From: Eledone cirrhosa
Lineage: Eukaryota
Assembly (NCBI GenBank): GCA_964016885.1
Contig: OZ024741.1
Span: 78,368,001 to 78,432,000 of the forward strand
DNA: 64,000 bases
Direction: 5' to 3'
The translations under genes were made by a program, and so were the position numbers. Below the pieces are notes generated by a model. That model did not search any database and was not told where the DNA came from. It saw only the letters and a list, made by a program, of their open reading frames with translations. This document shows, piece after piece, positions 24,881-37,100 of the stretch. The first letter of the stretch is position 1. Each line of letters starts with the position of its first letter.

Positions 24881-27122
24881 ATATATATATATATATACAT
24901 ACACACACATATATATATACTTACACACACACACACATATCAGGAAGTCCTTTCGATGAATAAGTGTCTGGGTAGATTTTTCAGTAACAATTAATAGAAT
25001 ACATTACATTCAAACTTGTAAATAATATTAATTTAATTTGATTTCTATGTTATTTGATTTACTGGCTTACTAGTGACACAAGGCTTAGCTTTATATACTA
25101 GCTAATCAGGGGAAAAAGAAAATGCTGGGGTCAAGACACCATATTACTTGAACAAGGACAGGATATTTTTATATTTTTAACACTGAATATAATTATCATA
25201 ATCTCATCTCTCATCACAGAAAATATATGATTATGATATATGAGATATAGTAACCCTTTAGCATTTACATTACTCTATATATACTATTATATTTTCATGG
25301 TAAAGGCATTATCTCACATAATATCAAATCTATGAAATTTTGATATTATTTATTTTGAGAACAATACTTTAACATCAGTATGAGTGGCCAGTTACAGCTA
25401 GTTTGAACAGAAAGCAGTGAGAGAATTCAGGCCAGATATGGCCAGGTTTAAATGGTAAAGTCTAGACCAAGTCTAAAGGTTCATCAGGCCAGGGATTATC
25501 TCAGTTTCATGAAAGGGAAAACAGCTAAGAGTAGAAGATACTTCCATGGATAGGACACCAGTTCATCATAAGGTTAACTCTCAGCTGCTGCTGCAACTCA
25601 TTGTTTCAGCTGAATGAACTTGAGTGAAGTGTTTTTTTCAAAGACACAATGTACCAACTGGTACATAGATCAATTCACCACCACCAATCTTACAATGAGT
25701 TCAACATCTTCAGTACGTCAGACTAGTAACTCTTAAAGATGAGGTTAATAGTCCAAATTTTATATATAATCTAATAAACAACAATTCAACTCAGACATTT
25801 AATTCTGTACCTTGTGCCTTAATCTGAATTTAAACAAAGCCTCAACAGAACAGTAATCTAAATAAAAAAATAAAGCAAATTGAAAACTTGTCATCAATTT
25901 GACTCAAGTTTCTGGATTTTACATTAAAACATCAAACTCTGCTATAGACATTATTTTATTGGGAAAAAGAGAAGAGCCTTCCCTTGGCAAAACATTTGTC
26001 TATCCCACGCTCTAGATCCATTATTCAATCTGTGTTGTCTGTGTGATTTAGCTGTGAAAAGGCTAGATTATAGACAGCACTCAGTAAATACATAAAACTA
26101 TGAAGGCTAAAACTTAGAAGCCAATATCTAACTGCTATATGATATATATATCATCATCATCATCATCATCTTCATTATCACCATTTAACATCTATTTTCC
26201 ACGCTTTCATGGGTTAAACAGGTTGTTACATTACAAGACAAGCCACGTCATGTAACTGTCTTACTCATATGGATCTATTTTATGGTTTGGTTTCTATAGC
26301 TGGATGCCCTTTCTAATGCCAACCACATTACAGTGAGAATTGGGTGCTTTTTCATTGTGGTACCACCATGGCCACCTAACAGGGTGGACTGGGTGCTTTT
26401 TTATTGTGTTACCAACATGAGCATTTTACAGGGTGGACTGGGTGCTCTTTGATGTGACAGCAGCACTGTGGGAGAGCAGGTACAGACCAAGTCCAGCTTT
26501 CCATGCATGTATGGAGAGGTGTATCAGGGGTATGGAAGGTGGGAAGGGGAGTACATCCTCTTCTTTGTTAAACATCTATTTCCCACACACTCACATATGT
26601 TATTCCTGGATTGCAGCCATGCTAGGGTATTGCCTTAATGGGATTTAGTCGATCATATCAGTCCCAATACTTATATTTTAAAGTCTGGTACTTATTTTAT
26701 TGACCTCTTTTGTTAAAATGCTAACTTATGAGACATACACACATATTTTATTCCTGGATTGCAGCCATGCTAGGGCACTAGTGAGCCAATGATTACTTCC
26801 GCAATTCTGTCCTGGCACCTGATGTGAGACCAGCCCTGGAGTGGCTCCTTCTCCACACAGTGGCATCCACAACTGAACCCTGAAAGCCAAGGTCATGCAT
26901 ACATGTTAAGTGAGTGTATGAAATTTTAAATATACTATATATATATATAGTAGCAATAATGAATACAAAGACCAAAATCCAGAGAGGACTTAATAACAGT
27001 TGTATATACATATACATATAATCCCATATATATGTGGTTGGTGTTAGTAAGGGCATCTAGTCAAACTCGTCTAACCCATGCTAGCATGGAAAAATGGATA
27101 TTATACAGTGATGGCGATGATG

Positions 27123-27169
<47 letters not shown>

Positions 27170-29899
27170 GTGGCCTGAACCCCCTCCTTCCACCAAAGGT
27201 CACTAACAGAGGCTACCTGGGGTTAAATAACATCAGCAGCAGGGATTAATCATTAGTTAACAAACATGACACATGTGCGTAACAGTCACAAGTTTATCAT
27301 GAGAAACAGTCTTCTTCTTCACTGTCCCATTTACAGTTAGAAATTTGGTGAATACATGTTGGATGTCTTATTTCTCTTTTTATTGAAAATATCAAGTTTC
27401 TGAGAGGAAGGGCGAACATGGATGGGTAGAAGAATGTATGTATATGGGTAAGTATCGGTATCTATGTGTTGGGCTAAACTAAGTAGAGTGACAGACCATT
27501 CCTACCATTCAACAAATTCCCATTGCCGCCATGCAGGGAGTTTTTAAGTGGTTGTTAAACCTGCTAGAATTAGCAGTGAAATCTCCATTAAATCACACTA
27601 TCATCTTAAAAATCTAAGAATAGATGCAGTCAGAGACATATAAAGTGACCTATGGTCATGTTTGTTATGCATTAATTGTAGGTCTGCTGGATCCAGGCAG
27701 ACCTGTAAGTAAATTATAAAAAAACAACAGTAAGTCTTCTTTATTATGATTCACACAGGAAACACAGGATGAATATATTTTAGAATCCCTGTGGCTATTT
27801 TCTGACAACTGTGCATTACATGTTATTACGTGTAAGAATAGTGACAATAAAAGGGACAGATTAATTGAAGTATGCAAGGATAAAAGGTCATGAATTCATC
27901 TTTTCCTGGGTCACACACAGACACAGTGTGTGTCTACATGTGTGTCCAGAGAAAGAGAGAGGAGGGGGTGAAAATGTATATATGTTCACTCACACACATA
28001 TGCATACAACAGACAGTAGCAATAGATCAACTTTAATTAGTATAGAGTGCAGGGAAATAGAAGTGTCACAACATTTTCCTTTTCGGGTGAAACCTGAAAA
28101 AGTCAATGAGTGTCACGAAAGAGGAAAGTGCCCGTTTCCAACTCTTTCAGACGCGTCCACCATATGACCTCTTTCACCATGGTCACTAAGTAGATAATAA
28201 TAATTGTTTCTACTTTTGGCACAAGGCCAGCAATTATCCCAGTACATTACTGGTACTTTATTTTATCAACCCCGTAATTTGAACTCGGCGGGATTTGAAC
28301 TCAGACCATAAAAGGCCGTAACTCTTTGCTGCAAAGCATGGCGTCCGACCCTCTACCGATATTGCCAATCCAATAATAATTGTTTCTACTTTTGGCACAA
28401 GGCCAGAAATTAACCCAGTACATTACTGGTACTTTATTTTCCAATAATAATAATTGTTTCTACTTTTGGCACAAGGCCAGCAATTATCCACTGCATTACT
28501 GGTACTTTATTTTATCGACCGACCCCGAATGAGGTATAAATATTGCACCATGATGTCTATTTTTGCATTTCGTGATCGATCAGCGGAAGGAACGATCGGT
28601 ATTGATCGTGCTCGACTCAGGAATCAATAAATAGATAAATAAACAAATAAATAAATAAATTAATATATATAATAATAATATTTATATAATACATATATTA
28701 TATATATATATAATATATCAAGAAAGTTATTAGTTTAACGCTTGATATAATAGGAAAAGAGTTTTAACGTTTCGGACACTAGTCCTTCATCCGAAGGTAG
28801 ATTGTGAAATAAAAGATGAAATGGAAAGATGGAGTGAGAAGAGAAACGAACGAGAAAAAATTAAACTAAGGAAAGACACGTGTGTATTTAGTTAACCATT
28901 TTGACACACTCACACATATAAATCAGCTCGACAATATATATATATATAAACACTGTGTAGACATTATTACAGAAAGAAAAGAGGGAGACTACCATAAAGA
29001 AGGAGTAGGAAAAAAGAGAAAGTGGGTGGACAAATCAAAGATCTGTACCTACCAATCTATATTGAGGTAAACAGCATTGATCACACATTTCTTTATATCT
29101 AAAATAACATCAGGGATGGTGGAAACATGTCTGAATTGATGAAGGAGTAGGGGCAAATTAGGTCAATTTAGTTGTAGTAATTAGTTTAGCTGCAAATATC
29201 AACCAAGATATAAAAAAGTTTCGATATATGATAAACATAACATGTGCATAAACTGTAGCACATATACAAATAGATGTGTTTTGAATATACAGAAACATTG
29301 CAGAAGAGACGTTTAGTACCCCACCACCATCACCATCACACACAAAGAAAGGTTCTCGGATTTTCATCAATCCTTTATCCTGAGTTTCTCGTTACCGATC
29401 TTTGAACAATTATTGATGATTATATGTTTGTTGGTGAATTGGCAGTATTGGTAGAGGGTAGGATATGCTTTCCAGCATAGTTACGTCCCTTTACGATCTG
29501 AGTTCAATTCCCGCCGAGGTTTACTTTGCCTTTCATCCTTACGGGGTCGATAAAATAAAGTACCAGTAATGTACTGGGTTAATTGCTGGCCTTGTGCCAA
29601 AAGTAGAAACAGTTATTATATATATTGTACGTTAGCAACGATCGAGAAACATATACACACATATATGCATAACAATATCATTATTACTTGTCTATGAATA
29701 TAATTATAATAATATAATGCTTACAGAATTAAAATATAGACACAAATAATATATACAATACTTAATGAATACTTCATACAGAATGAAAATATAAACACAT
29801 TTAATAAATATAATTAATTATTGCTAGGAAACAAGATCAAGCGAGAAAAAACACAAACAAAAAACATCCATTCACCACCAAGTGTGTCAGCCGGTTGGA

Positions 29900-30345
29900 C
29901 ACAACAGGTGTCATCGGACATTTTTGAAGTAAGCCAACACACTCGCAGCATTATCGCAAGTGATGTCGTGGCTAAGGTGCTGAAACAGCCAAGCACTCTC
30001 ACGGGCATCATCTGACACCTCAATAAGGCGAGTCGCTAACGATGACAAGAATTTCGGTGTCAGCGGCCCACCTTCACCAAATGTCTCGAACGTCACAGAC
30101 GGGGGTAGTTATTTAATAGTTCCCGGCATTTGAGGATTTTATTCCGTTCGGCAACGGAAGCAGTGGCACCCACACATTTACCGCGGCATCCATCATGTGG
30201 AAGGGAGCCAAAGAGTCACTGACTGTGACGTACCCAGGAACAAAGGGTGAGACCATCTAGTCTCTTCACATCAATTCTGGATAGTCCAGTCAGCTCCAGA
30301 ACCGAAAGGGTATTTACTCGCGCTGTGACTGGCTTGATGATCAGC
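29900..30345 (-). mobile_element. Decayed CRE-like non-LTR retrotransposon 3' fragment
   Basis: TFETFGEGGP..FLSSLATRL...DARESAWLFQHLS....NAASVL matches the C-terminal pattern ET.G..G...L.QRLS....GNAA. Confidence 0.7.
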
Positions 30346-30477
30346 TTGTTTCCACCTCCGACTGTATTTCCTCTTAACCTTTTTTTATAATGCGTATTAT
30401 TTTCTTAATGAAAGTTTACGGATACGTTTTCGAAAATACAATTCACGATTACATTGATGACAATTTGGGTTCTGAAC

Positions 30478-30816
30478 TGTAGTTTAGTATGGTTACTTGG
30501 AAACGAAGAAAACAATATAATACTTTCAGCATAGTATAGTTCCATTTATTAAAGTTTTCGTTACTTTCGATCTGTACTTGTAATAGACTAAACATAAACT
30601 CGAACACACACATATATATACATTGGTACATACATATATACATATTATATGTATATATTTATGTACCAATGTATATATATATGTGTGTGTTCGAGTTTAT
30701 GTTTAGTCTATTACAAGTACAGATCGAAAGTAACGAAAACTTTAATAAATGGAACTATACTATGCTGAAAGTATTATATTGTTTTCTTCGTTTCCAAGTA
30801 ACCATACTAAACTACA
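30478..30816. repeat. Long palindrome (~155-bp arms) with a TA-rich centre
   Basis: ORFs 30449..30643(-) and 30669..30854(+) share an identical peptide stretch. No convincing hammerhead. Confidence 0.95.
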
Positions 30817-31109
30817 CATACACACATTTTCTCAACCATATCTTCTCTTCATAAGTTTTTTCACTTTTTGTTTGTTTTTAATACTTTATATCACCCCCGT
30901 TCTTTTGTATCATCCTGTCCTCCTATTCCTACTCTCTCTCTCTCACTCACTCACACACACGCATATATATATAAAATAATACAGCCGATTATCCACACAA
31001 TACAATATAGTTAGTACCCCAAACGTTTAATTGGGAATATACCCCGGTATTTCCTAATGTTTGTTGAGTGAGTTGGAAAGTGGTCGGAGTATCGCTAATA
31101 GCTTTCTCC

Positions 31110-31150
<41 letters not shown>

Positions 31151-31738
31151 CTCGGCATTGGTTAAGTTTAACGTCCTCGAAATTGAAAGTGGAGAAGGGA
31201 TTTGGGTAAAAACATCTAAACGATGATGATGACACACACACATATATATATACAAACACACATATATATATACATACAGACACACATATATATACACACA
31301 TATATATATAAGAGAAAATAATCACACACGCAATACTAATTAACACCATATCACTATAGAGACCTGTTGTAAATAAACTAAGAGTGTATCGTAACTTTCA
31401 CTGTAAAAAAAAACAAAAAAACACATTCACTTGTCAAAAAATCCACTTTCAATTACCAGGAAGTTAAACTTAACCAATGCCTACAATCTCTATACCTCTC
31501 ATTTATATATATATATAGTACCAGGTTTTGAATATAGAAAAAAAAGTTACAGCGTAAGGCCTCCTAATCCCCGTAGGATTTAAAATAATTAAAAGGCAAT
31601 ATATATATATATATATATATATAGTAATAATAATAAATGTGAAGACTAAAATCTGAAGAGGGCTCCATAAGGATAATATGTGAATAAATATATATAAAAA
31701 CCGTAGAGCAAATATTTATTAAAATAACAGATTCAAGT

Positions 31739-31968
31739 TTAACCCTTTAGTATTTAAACCGGCCAGAATTCTCTCACCTCTTTCTGTTTAAACCAGCTGT
31801 GACTAACCACTCATACTTATGTTAAGGTGTTGTTCTCAAAATATATAATATAAAAATCTCATAGGTTCGATATTATGTGAGATAATTATGAGATAATTAT
31901 GTGAGATAAAGTGTTTACCATGAAAATACAATAGTAAATATAGAGTAATGTAAATGTTAAAGGGTTAA
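31739..31968 (+). mobile_element. piggyBac-type MITE inserted in the left arm of a hairpin
   Basis: TTAA-CCCTTTAG...TAAAGGG-TTAA. Removing it rejoins 31717-31742 to 31969-32005, which mirrors 32007-32068. Confidence 0.85.
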
Positions 31969-32197
31969 GCAAAGAATCGCTGCTTTCACTCTTGACGGGA
32001 TCTTCAGAAGATCCGTTAAGAGTGAAAGCAGCGATTCTTTGCTTAAACTTTAATCTGTTATTTTAATATACATACACACATATTTATACATAATCATACA
32101 TACCGATGCAAAACAAGGTCGCTCATCTCAGTTATATAATTTCATATCAGATAGTCCACCGTGTGAGTTCTGTCACAAACTTAACTCAATCCACTGT

Positions 32198-32252
<55 letters not shown>

Positions 32253-32473
32253 GAGAGTGATGTAAAATACCGACTGATTGGGTAAATCGATACTTAACTT
32301 ACATTCACTCATTACAACTTGACAAATAAATGTTGAAAGAACGATGAATAGGATATGGGACTAACTTCCGGAATAGAGAGAAAGAGTGGGGACGAAGTCG
32401 ACGTCAAAAACAGGTGTCAATGTTAGTGATTATCTATTGGCAAATGTCATAAACAACTGATTATATTTGTACG

Positions 32474-32505
<32 letters not shown>

Positions 32506-32517
32506 TATATATATTTA

Positions 32518-32586
<69 letters not shown>

Positions 32587-32792
32587 TTTCTGAATTTGTT
32601 TAGCAAGATTCTTTATCTGAAAAAGTGTGTTGAAACTGATATTGTTATACTTTGGGAGGGTCATGTTGCCAATAAGAAACACACGCACCAGTTGCTTTCA
32701 CTTCAATTTATTATAATAAATTTATAAATTTAGGAATTTATAAATTTCCGGTTGGTTGGTTGGTTCCACAACCAGATGATTGTTTATATATT

Positions 32793-32835
32793 GTCAAAGT
32801 TCTTTCGTCACACATTCTGTGACCTCTTCAGTGAC
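32793..32835 (-). ncRNA. Hammerhead ribozyme candidate (mirror of 32948-32990)
   Basis: Reverse complement of 32948-32990. Confidence 0.65.
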
Positions 32836-32947
32836 TGGGGATTCTTTTCTTTGTTTTTGTGCCTCTCTTTTGTTCTGTCCTACGCCATCTTGTTTTTGTG
32901 TGTGTCAGAACAAAAGAGAGGCACAAAAACAAAGAAAAGAATCCCCA

Positions 32948-32990
32948 GTCACTGAAGAGGTCACAGAATGTGTGACGAAAGAACTTTGAC
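32948..32990 (+). ncRNA. Minimal hammerhead ribozyme candidate with one extra G after A9
   Basis: GUCA-CUGAAGA-g-GUCACA gaaug UGUGAC-GAAA-GAAC-UU-UGAC. Confidence 0.7.
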
Positions 32991-33412
32991 AATATGTAAA
33001 CAATCATCTGGTTGTGGAACCAACCAACCAACCGGAAATTTATAAATTCCTAAATTTATAAATTTATTATAATAAATTGAAGTGAAAGCAACTGGTGCGT
33101 GTGTTTCTTATTGGCAACATGACCCTCCCAAAGTATAACAATATATATATATATATGGAAAAAATGAAATTTCATTTCTCACTCTTAGTACGGCTGATAC
33201 TTAAATATAAGTATGTATACGTACATACATATATGTATACAGACGTACAGTAGTATGTATATACATACATACATGCACACATATATATATGTACGTATGT
33301 TTACCGAACATTTATTATAATGTTCGGTTTGTTTGTAAACAAACAGCCCGAATTAAGCCGTACAGTGTGTTCGGCAATCATCATTGTCCTTTTGTTCAAC
33401 ACTGACAAAGGA

Positions 33413-33455
33413 ACGATGAACTAGTTTCTAGCTTCTTAGCTGTCATCAGCACCGT
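33413..33455 (-). ncRNA. Type I hammerhead ribozyme
   Basis: Minus strand: ACGGUG-CUGAUGA-c-AGCU aaga AGCU-a-GAAA-CUAG-UU-CAUCGU. 6-bp stem I, palindromic stem III, C.A mismatch at the base of stem II. Confidence 0.75.
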
Positions 33456-33900
33456 ATACCTTCCTGTCAATCGATTGAACGTTTGAACAAAAAGGCAATG
33501 ATGGTTGCCGAACACACTGTACGGCTTAATTCGGGCTGTTTGTTTACAAACACACCGAGCATTATAATAAATGTTCGGTAAACCCATACGTACATATATA
33601 TATGTGTGCATGTATGTATGTATATACATACTACTGTACGTCTGTATACATATATGTATGTACGTATACATACTTATATTTAAGTATCAGCCGTACTAAG
33701 AGTGAGAAATGAAATTTTATTTTTTCCATTTATCGTTTTCGGTACACTGGCCGACTAACTCACTCGATATGCAAATTATGCATCATCATCATCATCATCA
33801 TCGTTTAACGTCCATATTCCAGGCTTGCATGGGTATTAACGTTAATATGCATAAGGAAAGTATATACTTTCAAACATTCAATCGATTGACAGGAAGGTAT

Positions 33901-33941
33901 ACGGTGCTGATGACAGCTAATAAGCTAGAAACTAGTTCATC
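33901..33941 (+). ncRNA. Type I hammerhead ribozyme
   Basis: (AC)GGUG-CUGAUGA-CAGCUAAUAAGCUA-GAAA-CUAG-UU-CAUC. Confidence 0.72.
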
Positions 33942-34162
33942 CTTCCTTTGTCAGTGTTGAACAAAAAGGCAACGATGGTTGCCGAACACACTGTACGGCT
34001 TAATTTGGGCTGTTTGTTTACAAACAAACCGAACATTATAATAAATGTTCGGTAAACCCATACGTACATATATATATGTGTGCATGTATGTATATACATA
34101 CTACTGTATGTCTGTATACATATATGTATGTACGTATACATACTTATATTTATATATATATA

Positions 34163-37100
34163 AAGCACTCTTCTTTGTTTCGCCCGCGGATGGCTAACAT
34201 AACCCCATCTCCCCCCGCCCCCACACCACCCCCACCCTCCAAACGCGATCCAAAACTTCAGAGTTGGTACCATAAATGTAGGCACCCTAAAGGGGCGCGC
34301 TAACGAGGTTGTAGAAATGCTTGAACGTAAGGAGGTCGATGTTTGTTGTATTCAAGAGACCAGGTGGAGGGGTGGGTCTGCTAGATTCATTGAGGGTAAA
34401 AAACGATGTTATAAGCTTTTCTGGGTGGGAAACGACGATGGGCTGGGTGGAGTAGGAATCATGGTAGCAGAAAAGTGGGCGGATAAGATAATAGACGTAA
34501 ATAGAGTGAACGACAGAATAATTAAAATACGACTTGTCCTCAATAGAACTACGGTGACAGTAATATCTGCGTATGCACCCCAATCCGGACTGCCCGGCAC
34601 TATAAAAGACAGATTCTATGAGACACTGATGCTCACTACCTCCCAAATATCTGACAGTGACTATATAATTATTGCAGGCGACCTAAATGGTCACGTTGGG
34701 CAACATTGTGACGGCTACGACGAAATCCATGGAGGCTATGGGTTTGGTACTAGAAATGAGGAAGGCTCCAGAATCCTGGAATTCTGTGATGCAAATAACC
34801 TAACTATCTGTAACACTAACTTCAAAAAACGTGACAATCACCTGATCACCTATAGATCCGGGGAACACACAAGCCAGGTAGATTATATCCTTACCAGAAG
34901 ACGTGACAGAGTGTCTGTTGTAAACACTAAATCCCTCCCCCATGAAGAATGCACCTCCCAACATAGACTGATAATTAGCGACCTCATAGTCAGGTCGAGA
35001 CGTACTCGACAGCAGAAGAGGACTATCCTCAGGAGAAAAATATGGAAGCTAAAGGACCCCACAGCCAAAAATAAATTTCAAAACATATTACTTGATGCTT
35101 TCGACAGTAAGGAAGAACACTTAGAGTCGGACAATATAGAGGGACAGTGGGAATTTCTGAAAGCAAACCTGCTGTTGGCCACAGACGAAGTCTGTGGCTG
35201 GAGCAGGCCTGTAGGCAGGAGGAGAGTAACATGGTGGTGGAACAGTAAGGTGGAGGAGTCAATTAAGGCCAAAAAGCAGGCTTGGAAAGTATGGCGGGAT
35301 GGGGGAAGTAGAGTAGACTATCAAGTGGCCAGGAGGGAAGCTAGGAGAGAAGTGTACTTAGCAAGAAGGGAAGCTGAGGAAAGAAAGTTCAAGCATGTCC
35401 TACAACGCGATGACCAAAAACGTGAGGTGTTCAGGATTGCTAGGCAATGCGTCAAGGAAAACCGTGATATTGTCGGGGAGAAGTGTGTACTTAACGATGA
35501 TGGCATACTTGCCATCACCGACACTGATAAGAAGGCAGCTTGGAAGTGTCACTATGAAAGGCTACTAAATGAGGAGAATAAATGGGAGAAAGACAGTCTC
35601 CCCCATGTCGACCCAATAGAGGGACCAGCAGTGTTAGTCGAGGGGAGTATAATAAGTAAGGCAATCAAGGATATGAAGACAGGTAAGGCGGCTGGGCCTT
35701 CGGAAATAGTTGCTGAGATGCTGAAGGCATCTGGCACGGTGGGACACACCATGGTCACCCGCATAGTTAACCAAGTCGTACAGAATGGGGTTGTTCCGAA
35801 GGACTGGCATAGCAGCATCATCGTTAACTGTTATAAGGGTAAAGGAGACGCCCTAGATAGGAGTAACTATAGAGGCATTAAATTAATCGACCAGGTCATG
35901 AAGGTCACAGAAAAAGTAATAGCGCAACTAATCAGAGAGAGAATTGACCTAGATGAAATGCAGTTCGGGTTTGTGTCAGGCAAAAGTACCACAGACGCTC
36001 TTTTCATAGTACGACAACTACAGGAGAAGTACCTAGCTAAAGGTAAACCCCTCTACTTAGCTTTTGTCGACTTGGAGAAAGCCTTCGACAGAGTCCCCTG
36101 CTCCATTATCTGGTGGGCTCTTAGAAAACTAGGCGTTGACGAATGGCTTGTGAGGGCTATACAAGCCATGTATAAAGAAACAGTCAGCAAGGTTAGAATT
36201 AACAACGAATATAGTGAAGAGTTTAGCGTAAAAGTTGGCGTCCATCAGGGCTCTGTTCTCAGCCCCCTACTATTTATTATTGCCCTTCAGGCTATAACAG
36301 AGGAGTTCAAGACAGGCTGCCCATGGGAACTCCTATACGCAGACGACCTGACACTCATAGCGGAATCAATGGCCGAGCTAGAGAAGAAATTCCAAACATG
36401 GAAGCACGGCCTAGAGTCAAAAGGACTTAAAATTAACCTGGCTAAGACCAAAGTTCTAGTTTGTAGGAAAGAAAACAAGGCGGCGGTCCCTTCTGGGAAA
36501 TGGTCGTGCTCGGTGTGTAGGAAAGGCGTAGGTAGAAACTCCATTTTGTGTCCTAAATGCAAAGTATGGGTGCATAAAAGATGTAGTGGGATCACAGGTA
36601 AGCTAACTAAGAACATAGATTTTACATGTGGCCGGTGTTCTGGTGCAATAAGTAGCAGCAAGTGCCCACAAACTACTAGCTCTTTCAATTGCGCAGAGGG
36701 TTCTATAGAAATAGTGGACAGCTTCCGTTACCTGGGCGATAAAATCAGCAGTGGGGGAGGGTGCTCTGAAAGTACTGTAGCTAGAGTCAGAACTGGTTGG
36801 AAAAAGTTCAGAGAGCTTATACCACTATTAGCTGCTAAAGGGTTCTCCCTAAAAATGAAAGGCAGGTTGTACGATGCCTGCATACGAACAGCAATGTTGC
36901 ATGGCAGTGAGACCTGGGCATTGTGTGCAGAGGATATACGCAGACTAGAGAGGAACGAAGCTTGCATGCTCCGCTGGATGTGTAACAGTAATATACGTGA
37001 ACGGCAAAGCATAAACGAACTAAGGAAAAAATTAGAGATAAGAGGGATCAGATGTTGTTTACTCGAGAGAAGGCTACGTTGGTATGGACACGTGATGCGC

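Larger units (their letters stand above)
32640..33143. repeat. Long palindrome (~238-bp arms, ~28-bp spacer) with a hammerhead motif in each arm
   Basis: 32640-32877 is the reverse complement of ~32906-33143, with about one mismatch. (TA)n lies at the right end and ~60 bp left of the left arm. Confidence 0.95.
33155..34150. mobile_element. Hammerhead-bearing non-coding element: one inverted copy plus ~1.4 tandem direct copies (unit ~420 bp)
   Basis: 33155-33399 is the reverse complement of 33483-33729. TTGAACAAAAAGGCAA recurs at 33483 and 33957, with a ~50-bp RTE tail inserted at ~33781-33833. Confidence 0.85.

Noticed and set aside
28060-28170. CpG-containing stretch with a minus-strand ATG (MVDASERVGNGHFPLS)
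   Set aside because: Stops after 16 codons and has no supporting splice or homology evidence.
28758-28800. Minus-strand CGGAUGA-AGGAC..GUCC-GAAACGUU, resembling the minimal Penelope hammerhead
   Set aside because: Core U4 is mutated and stem I has only 2 bp. Counted only as a degenerate relic and not called as a feature.
31645-31720. CUGAAGA...GAGC-AAA motif
   Set aside because: Lacks GAAA and convincing stems.
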